From NCBI GenBank assembly GCA_963718525.1, contig OY970355.1:2880001-2944000 (forward strand): a stretch of DNA of 64,000 nucleotides, written 5' to 3'. The notes under the pieces were generated by a model. The model did no database searches. It was not told the DNA's origin and worked only from the letters and a program-made list of their open reading frames with translations. The position numbers and the translations under genes are program-made. Of this stretch, positions 57,470-64,000 are shown one piece after another (the stretch's first letter is position 1; each line of letters begins with the position of its first letter). The stretch is from Candidatus Dormiibacterota bacterium (GTDB lineage Bacteria > Chloroflexota > Dormibacteria > Aeolococcales > Aeolococcaceae).

Positions 57470-58147
57470 ATGGAATCGGCGGTGAGACCCCGTACCGACG
57501 TGACCGCTCAGATCGACTCCGCTATAGACTTGTATTGGCTCCCGCTTGGCGCCGGCGGTCGCTTCGTACGCTGGAACGGACGTGCGTATGAAGCCCTGGC
57601 GGCGCTCTGGGAGCGGCGGAGGCCACAGGATCTCTATCACTCTGCACTTGAGGTCACACGCCCCGAAGGGCGATTCGTAATCGAGATGACACCGATTCCC
57701 GACGCCAACGGCGCTGAACGAGGCGTGGTGGCGGAAGGGGCTGTCGGGTCGCGGCTCGCCGCACGCTTTCGGCTGTTCCGTTATGAACTTCGTCGTTGGA
57801 AGGGCGGAGCCATCCCTGACGTCGACGAGGCCGTGGACAGCCCGGTGCACCTCAGCAGTGACGCAAGAGTCGCGTTCCGCCTCCTTGAGCTCGTGCCCAA
57901 GGTGCCGAGACTTGTGTGGGGCCGCGACGAGCTGCGGGCGGGTGACATGTGGAACTCGAATTCGGTAGTGTCGTGGCTGCTCGCGCGCGCAGGCCTCAAC
58001 GTCGACGCGATCCGACCCCCAGCGGGAGGACGGGCACCCGGCTGGAAGGCCGGCCTTGTTGCTGCGAAACGGCCGTTACTTCAGCGCAGACCATCGAGCC
58101 ATTCCGCAGCCCAGGAACTCAGGTTCCGGGGATGCGCCTGCCCGTGA
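57470..58147 (+). CDS. Hypothetical protein
   Basis: DLYWLPLGAGG, LYHSALEV, WGRDEL, MWNSNS, GRAPGW; start uncertain. Confidence 0.75.
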   Translation: MESAVRPRTDVTAQIDSAIDLYWLPLGAGGRFVRWNGRAYEALAALWERRRPQDLYHSALEVTRPEGRFVIEMTPIPDANGAERGVVAEGAVGSRLAARFRLFRYELRRWKGGAIPDVDEAVDSPVHLSSDARVAFRLLELVPKVPRLVWGRDELRAGDMWNSNSVVSWLLARAGLNVDAIRPPAGGRAPGWKAGLVAAKRPLLQRRPSSHSAAQELRFRGCACP

Positions 58148-58536
58148 CCTCATCCATCGAGATCCGCACCCAGTGTTGGGTGGACCGCGTTGCCCACGAA
58201 TGCAGCGGCCCCCGCCGCAACGCTTCCAGCTCGTCTCCGTCGGCGATCTCGCGCGCCGTCCCCTTGACAAGGACACTCCAACCGGCGTGGTACAGCGGAC
58301 GGCTGTCGTCGACCTCGAAGACGACCGGTGCGCCAGCACCGATGGCGCTCAACTTGGTCCCCGGCTCGGTGCAGAAGACGATGGACTCCTCGTCGGCGAG
58401 GTAGTTGACGGGGAGAATCAGCGGCCGCCCATCGACGACGAAGCCAACCCTCCCCACGTATGCATGGAACTGGAGGAGTTCGATCGAACTCGTTCCTGCT
58501 GAGTTCGTGCACTCTCGTTTGGGTCTTGTTCTCCAT
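58119..58536 (-). pseudogene. Pyridoxamine 5'-phosphate oxidase-like (flavin-binding split barrel) protein with +1 frameshift near 58487
   Basis: MENKTQTRVHELSRNE joins IELLQFHAYVGRVGF..PVNY..FEVD..GWSV after removing one base. Confidence 0.85.
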
Positions 58537-58547
58537 TCGCTCTCCTC

Positions 58548-59222
58548 TCACGACCAATCGTTGGGATGTCGTTTGCTCGCACCGCGCCGCGCCATGAACG
58601 CGGCCGCCTCCGCTCGGCGTGACAACCCCAGCTTCATGAGGATATTGGACACGTAGTTCTTCACCGTCTTTTCGGCGAGGAACACCTTCTCGGCGATCTG
58701 ACGGTTGGTCATCCCCTCTGCGACCAGGTCGAGGATCTTCCGCTCCTGCGGGGTCAGGTCGGCGGTGCCATCGTCGGGCTGCGCCCCATCGCCGCGGAGC
58801 CGGGCGAGAACCCTCGCCGTCACGGTGGGGTCGAGCAACGATTCGCCTCGGGCAACCTGGCGGATGGCCCCGACAAGGTCGTTGCCGCGAACCTGTTTGA
58901 GGACGAAGCCGGCAGCGCCGGCCATGATCGAGCTGAACAGCGCCTCGTCGTCGGAGTGGGCGGTCAGCATCAGCACCTTGGTTTCGGGAAATGCCGACCG
59001 GATCTCGCGGCAGGCCTCGATCCCCGATCGGCCGGGAAGGCGGACGTCCATGACCACCACGTCCGGATGGGTGGCCTCGACCGCCTTGAGCGCCGCATCG
59101 GCGTCCGCGGCCTCGGCGACCACGGTGATGCCACCGACAGCCTCGAGGATGCTGCTGAGACCGCGGCGAACGAGTTCGTGGTCGTCGCAGAGCATGATGC
59201 GGATTGCGGGCTCGTCAGGCAC
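58548..59222 (-). CDS. DosR/DevR-like (NarL family) response regulator
   Basis: DDHELVRRGL, MDVRLP, SDDEALF, GFVLK, TNRQIA...LAEKTVKNYVS. Confidence 0.93.
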   Translation of the reverse strand: MPDEPAIRIMLCDDHELVRRGLSSILEAVGGITVVAEAADADAALKAVEATHPDVVVMDVRLPGRSGIEACREIRSAFPETKVLMLTAHSDDEALFSSIMAGAAGFVLKQVRGNDLVGAIRQVARGESLLDPTVTARVLARLRGDGAQPDDGTADLTPQERKILDLVAEGMTNRQIAEKVFLAEKTVKNYVSNILMKLGLSRRAEAAAFMARRGASKRHPNDWS

Positions 59223-59254
59223 GTCTGCACTGTACCGCGTGGTGCGGCACCATT

Positions 59255-59291
59255 CGGTCGATCGGCCCGCCGAGGTGATGACCTTATCCCC
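59255..59291. promoter_or_regulatory. Tandem DevR/DosR-like boxes
   Basis: CGGTCGATCGGCCC (59255) and ATGACCTTATCCCC (59278). Confidence 0.6.
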
Positions 59292-59336
59292 TGGCCAGGT
59301 GTCGCTCCGCGCTCCACGATGGGGGCACGGCACGCC

Positions 59337-59829
59337 ATGAACACAATGCTTCTCCACGACTTCGCATACGTTCCCGTCTCCGCTGAGCGGGTATGCGATC
59401 GAACTCATGGCCGACGATGGGGAGTGGCTCGCTCCCCTCGCCACGGCTGCGTTGAGAGAGGGAGAGGCGCTTCGGCTCAGGATCGGACCGCTCGGTGCGG
59501 TGCCGTTGCTCGCCAAGACCGTGAGCCTGGAGGTCGGCGAGCCCCTCAAGCGTGATGAGGTGACCGTCGTACCGCTCACCTGGAAGGCGACGGCGACACC
59601 GGGGCTCTTTCCGGTGATGTGGGCCGATCTCGAGGTTGTGGCGCTTGATGCCGAGCTCACCCAGCTCACACTCAGGGGACGCTACGAACCTCCGCTCGGA
59701 GCCGTGGGGCGCCGGCTCGACCGGCTCCTTCTGCATCGCATCGCCGAGGCGAGTGTCCGTTCATTCCTCGACCGGCTGGTGGCGACGCTCACCTCAACGG
59801 AAGCCGCCGAAACCGCTGCCCTGAGCTGA
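59337..59829 (+). pseudogene. Hypothetical (SRPBCC-like) protein with +1 frameshift near 59403
   Basis: MNTMLLHDFAYVPVSAERVCDR joins LMADDGEWL..LFP..ADL..GRYEPPLG after removing one A. Confidence 0.7.
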
Positions 59830-59920
59830 ACGCGACTGCCCTCGACCTTCTTCCGTCACGCCGTTGCGCGACGCGCCGCCGGCTCGTCAATGCAAGCGGT
59901 CGGGCTATGATCCTGATCGG

Positions 59921-61531
59921 ATGGCGCTCAGTGACAGCCGTGCGGCGCGTTTGCTCGACACAGGGCTGGCGCTGGCTGCAGAGCTGTCTCTCCCGACGCT
60001 TCTCCAGAGGATTGTCGACCTCGCCGTCGACCTGACTGACGCTCGGTACGGTGCGCTCGGGGTGCTGTCACCAGACGGGTCAGCCCTCAGCGACTTCATC
60101 ACGAGTGGGCTGAGCGCGGAGCAGCGTGTCGCTATCGGTGAATTGCCTCACGGGCTGGGCATCCTCGGCGTGCTCATCCGCGAACCCGCGATGCTCCGCA
60201 TCCGGGAGATCGCCGACGACTCGCGTGCGACAGGGTTTCCACCAAACCATCCGTCGATGCACTCGTTTCTTGGAGCGCCGATCCGAGCACACGGTCGCGT
60301 CTTCGGCAACATCTATCTCACGGACAAGAGAGGGGCGCGCGAGTTCACGCAGGACGACGAGGCGGCAGTCCTCGTGCTTGCGACGCAAGCCGGCGTCGCG
60401 ATCGCCAACGCGCAGCTGTACGCGGAGCTGCAGCAACGCGAACGCTGGCTGGACTCGGTGCGGGAGGTAACGACAACCCTGCTGTCCGGGGACACGGCGC
60501 TCAAAGCCCTGCAGTTGATCGCTCAGCACGCCCGCGAGCTCGGCGACGCGGATATGGCCACCATCAGCGTTCCGGATGGTCAGGGGCTGCGCATCATCGT
60601 TGCCGACGGCGCTGGCGCGCTCGATCTGCTTGACGTCGAAGTGCCACTTGCGGGTTCCCTCTCGGCGGAGGTGATCCGCACCGAGCGCACCATGATCGTG
60701 ACCGACGCGAGCCACTCGACATTGACGCAACCGATGGTGAGCGTCGCCGGCGTTGGCCCGATGATTCTGGTGCCGCTCGCCCTCCGGACGAGTACCGCCG
60801 GCGTCTTGGCTGTCGGCCGTGTTGCGGGCCGCCAGCCTTTCGGATCGGCGGATGCTCCGCTGCTCGAGAGCTTCGCCGAACAGGCGAGCGTCGCCCTTGA
60901 ATACGCTCGCGCCGTCTCAGAAATATCGCGCCTGGGAATGATCGAGGATCGGGAGCGAATCGCGCGCGACCTGCACGACGGCGTCATCCAGTCGCTGTTC
61001 GCAGTTGGCATCGGACTGCAAGGAACCGCCGCGGTCGTCGGCGATTCGCGTCTCGCCGATCGCATCCAGCAGTTCGTCAGCGAGATCGATCGTGTGATCG
61101 GCGACGTGCGCAGTTACATCTTCGGTTTGCGACCGAGCGTGCTGACGGCGGGCAACCTCAGCAACACCCTGGAGCAGCTCGCCCACGAGGTTGAGGAGCG
61201 GACCGGGGTCACCGTGATCGTTGAGATCGACGCTTCACTGGAGAGCGCGCTCGCCGACGGGTCCGCGCAGATCGTGCATATCGTTCGCGAGGCGCTGTCG
61301 AACATGGGACGTCATTCGGGCGCGACGACGTGCCGGGTCTCGATTCTCCGTCACGACGCAGCTGCGGTCATTCAGATCGACGATGACGGGCAGGGTTTCG
61401 ACGCCAACTCGGCGCCGCGGGGTATGGGGTTGGGGAACCTTGTGGAGCGAGCCGAGGCTATCGGCGGCCAATTGGAGATCGAGTCGAAACCCGGATCGGG
61501 CACCACGATCACCGTGACAGTCCCACTGTGA
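59921..61531 (+). CDS. DosS/DevS-like GAF-GAF histidine kinase
   Basis: ARYGALGV, GFPPNHPSMHSFLG (haem His position), GNIYLT, RIARDLHDGVIQSLF, DDGQG. Confidence 0.93.
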   Translation: MALSDSRAARLLDTGLALAAELSLPTLLQRIVDLAVDLTDARYGALGVLSPDGSALSDFITSGLSAEQRVAIGELPHGLGILGVLIREPAMLRIREIADDSRATGFPPNHPSMHSFLGAPIRAHGRVFGNIYLTDKRGAREFTQDDEAAVLVLATQAGVAIANAQLYAELQQRERWLDSVREVTTTLLSGDTALKALQLIAQHARELGDADMATISVPDGQGLRIIVADGAGALDLLDVEVPLAGSLSAEVIRTERTMIVTDASHSTLTQPMVSVAGVGPMILVPLALRTSTAGVLAVGRVAGRQPFGSADAPLLESFAEQASVALEYARAVSEISRLGMIEDRERIARDLHDGVIQSLFAVGIGLQGTAAVVGDSRLADRIQQFVSEIDRVIGDVRSYIFGLRPSVLTAGNLSNTLEQLAHEVEERTGVTVIVEIDASLESALADGSAQIVHIVREALSNMGRHSGATTCRVSILRHDAAAVIQIDDDGQGFDANSAPRGMGLGNLVERAEAIGGQLEIESKPGSGTTITVTVPL

Positions 61532-64000
61532 GCGACTCGACTCCACACGGATACCCATCGGCCTGGGCGATCGACGCGGTCCTCGCGGATGGTGGCACCG
61601 TGCACATACGACCCATAAGGCCAGATGACGCGAGCGCGCATCGTGCATTCTTCGCGCGCCAGTCCGAGCAGAGCGTGTACTTCCGTTTCTTCGGTCCGCG
61701 TTCGGACCTGACCGATCGCGAGGTCACGCATTTCACGACCGTCGATTACCACGACCGCATGGCGTTCGTCGCCTTCCTGCGCGAGGAGATGGTCGCCGTC
61801 GGTCGCTACGATCAACTCGCTCACGGCGACGAGGCGGAAGTCGCGTTCGCGGTCGCCGACGAGCACCAGGGCCGCGGGCTGGCCACGCTGCTCCTCGAGT
61901 ACCTCGCGACGTACGCGGCGACCCAGGGCATCACCCGCTTCAGTGCCGACACGCTCGTCGACAACCGACGGATGCTCGAAATCTTCCACGCCGCCGGCTT
62001 CCGGCGCGAGCACCACTCCATCGAATACGGGGTCGTTCATCTCGGCTTCGACATCGAACCGACCGGCGAGTCACTGGCGGCGAGCGAGCGTCGCGCCTGG
62101 ACAGCAGGAGTTGCCAGCATCACGAGGATCCTGGAGCCGCAGTCGATCGCGGTCGTCGGCGCGGGGCGCAACCCGCAGGGCATCGGACACGCGATCGTCC
62201 GCAACCTCATCGACGGAGGCTTCAAGGGACCGGTGTACCCGGTCAACCCGAAGTCCGCTGAGCTGCTCGGCCTCGCGTGCTCGCCGAGCGTCGAGGCGAT
62301 CGACGCACCGATCGACCTCGCTATCCTCGCTATACCTGCGGCCCAGTGCATCGACGCAGTCGACGCCTGCGGGCGCAAGGGTGTCAAGGGGCTCGTTGTG
62401 ATTACCTCCGGATTTGCGGAGGTCGGCGCCGACGGCATCGACTTGCAACGCGAACTGCTGCTGCGAGCCCACCGCGGCGGGATGCGGGTGGTGGGCCCGA
62501 ACTGCTTCGGAGTGATCAACACCGCGCCCGATGTCCGCCTCAATGCCACGTTCGCCTCGCGCGCGCCGGCGCACGGCGGGGTCGCCTTCGCATCACAGTC
62601 CGGGGCGCTCGGCATCGCTGTCCTGGAACAGTCGCTCACCTCGGGACTTGGGCTCTCGAGCTTCGTGAGCATGGGCAACAAGTCCGATGTCAGCAGCAAC
62701 GATCTGCTCAGGTACTGGCAGCAGGATGGACAGACCCGGGCGATCCTTCTGTACCTCGAATCCTTCGGAAATCCCCGGGCGTTCGCGCGGGTCGCCCCGG
62801 TCGTATCGCGCACCACACCGATCGTCGTCGTGAAGTCGGGTCGCAGCACGGCGGGCACTCGCGCGGCCGCATCTCACACCGCGGCGCTGGCCAGTCCCGA
62901 CACGGTGGTCGACGCTCTGTTCCGTCAAGCCGGTGTGATCCGCGTCGACACCCTCGAGGAGTTGCTCGATTGCGGGCAACTGCTGGCCAATCAGCCCGCG
63001 CTGGCGGGTCAGCGCCTGGCCATCGTCGGCAACGCCGGCGGTGCGGCGGTGCTGGCGGCCGACGCGTGCGACGCGGCGGGTCTGAGCGTTCCCGAGTTCG
63101 ATGCCGCGACCCAGGCGGGGCTTCGCACCCTCGCCGGACCGAATGCGGGTGTGAGCAACCCGGTCGATCTCGGCGCGGGCGCGACCCCGGAGCTCTTTGA
63201 GGACGCGCTGCGCATCGTCCTGGCATCGCCCTCGATCGACGGCGCCGTGGTGATTGTCGCCCCGGTTGCAACCGCCGACCCAGAACAGGTCGCCGGTGCA
63301 GTCGTCGGGATCGATGCCGGGACGAGGCCGATCGTCTTCGTGCACCTCGGCGACAGTGCATCGCCGGCGGCGCTCAGTCAGGGACATCGGAAGATACCGT
63401 CCTACGCGTTTCCGGAGCGTGCGGTTCGAGCGTTGGGACGCATCGCCGAACACTCGAGCTGGAAGACTCGACCGGTCGGTCACGCCCCGCAGTTGGAGGG
63501 CATCGACATCGGGGTGGCGCAGACGATCGTCAAGACGTACCTCGCCGCGAATAGCGACGGTGGGTGGTTGTCACCGGACGAGGCGGTGGCGATCCTTGGA
63601 GCCTTCGGCATCGCGACGCCCGGGGAGACGGCGGTCTCCTCCGCAGCCGAGGCGGCAGGTGCAGCATCGCACCTCGGTTTTCCGGTGGCCCTGAAGGCCA
63701 TGGGATCAACAATCCTGCACAAATCGGACGTCGGTGGCGTGCACCTCGACCTCGGCACGGCTGAGGATGTCGCGATGGCGTTCGAAGCGATGGCACGCAA
63801 CCTCGGCGAAGCAATGGAAGGGGCGATCGTGCAGCAGATGCTGCGCGGCGTGGAGCTCATCGCCGGGGTGATCACCGATCCGCTCTTCGGTCCGGTCGTG
63901 ATGTTCGGTAGCGGCGGGACCGCCGTCGAGCTCTTTGGAGACCGCGTGCTCCGCATCCTGCCGATGACGGATCAGGACGCGCACGAGATGGTGCGGTCGA
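61528..64000 (+). CDS. GNAT + NDP-forming acyl-CoA synthetase-like protein (Pat-type lysine acetyltransferase), runs off the window end
   Basis: Open frame from GTG 61528: DGGTVHIRPIRPDD, QGRGLA, YPVNP, GPNC, SQSGA, GNKSD, SHT, GNAGG, HKSDVGGV; absent from the ORF track because it has no stop in the window. Confidence 0.93.
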   Translation, partial: MSDSTPHGYPSAWAIDAVLADGGTVHIRPIRPDDASAHRAFFARQSEQSVYFRFFGPRSDLTDREVTHFTTVDYHDRMAFVAFLREEMVAVGRYDQLAHGDEAEVAFAVADEHQGRGLATLLLEYLATYAATQGITRFSADTLVDNRRMLEIFHAAGFRREHHSIEYGVVHLGFDIEPTGESLAASERRAWTAGVASITRILEPQSIAVVGAGRNPQGIGHAIVRNLIDGGFKGPVYPVNPKSAELLGLACSPSVEAIDAPIDLAILAIPAAQCIDAVDACGRKGVKGLVVITSGFAEVGADGIDLQRELLLRAHRGGMRVVGPNCFGVINTAPDVRLNATFASRAPAHGGVAFASQSGALGIAVLEQSLTSGLGLSSFVSMGNKSDVSSNDLLRYWQQDGQTRAILLYLESFGNPRAFARVAPVVSRTTPIVVVKSGRSTAGTRAAASHTAALASPDTVVDALFRQAGVIRVDTLEELLDCGQLLANQPALAGQRLAIVGNAGGAAVLAADACDAAGLSVPEFDAATQAGLRTLAGPNAGVSNPVDLGAGATPELFEDALRIVLASPSIDGAVVIVAPVATADPEQVAGAVVGIDAGTRPIVFVHLGDSASPAALSQGHRKIPSYAFPERAVRALGRIAEHSSWKTRPVGHAPQLEGIDIGVAQTIVKTYLAANSDGGWLSPDEAVAILGAFGIATPGETAVSSAAEAAGAASHLGFPVALKAMGSTILHKSDVGGVHLDLGTAEDVAMAFEAMARNLGEAMEGAIVQQMLRGVELIAGVITDPLFGPVVMFGSGGTAVELFGDRVLRILPMTDQDAHEMVRS

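Noticed and set aside
1-64000. Long antisense and alternative-frame ORFs (e.g. 44477-46435+, 54558-56024+, 15239-16456+); CRISPR arrays, tRNAs, transposases, integrases
   Set aside because: The ORFs are shadows of real GC-rich genes, and I saw no repeat-spacer array, cloverleaf or recombinase motif.

Overview
GC-rich bacterial chromosomal window. Gene content suggests a soil Terrabacterium (Actinomycetota- or Dormibacterota-like); this is inference. It holds about 60 genes and no tRNA, rRNA, CRISPR array or intact mobile element that I could recognise. 1-13 kb: FadR/GntR regulator plus malonyl-CoA decarboxylase, a GT4 resembling cyanobacterial DgdA, a TetR module, secreted and lipoproteins, a GT87. 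14-23 kb: three c-di-GMP enzymes. 23-32 kb: MerR, DinB, a candidate ~145-nt sRNA, a NarL-type two-component system with a palindromic operator, methyltransferases. 32-40 kb: an ATP-binding LuxR regulator divergent from a DUF4242-like protein and a 1.6-kaa lipid-anchored teneurin-like RHS protein whose C-terminal cargo is Cys-rich/VWD/PPC rather than a recognisable toxin. 42-64 kb: a hypoxia/fermentation island (aldehyde dehydrogenase, four-gene pyruvate oxidoreductase, group 3b [NiFe]-hydrogenase, malic enzyme, USP, DosR/DosS-like pair, GNAT-acyl-CoA synthetase). Six of its promoter regions carry tandem DevR-like boxes 22-23 bp apart, and it includes two paralogous uncharacterised 4-Cys mini-proteins. 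Three apparent gene lesions all fall at GAACTC where GACTC would restore the gene, which suggests modification-linked sequencing errors. All family calls come from motif recognition by eye; no searches were run.
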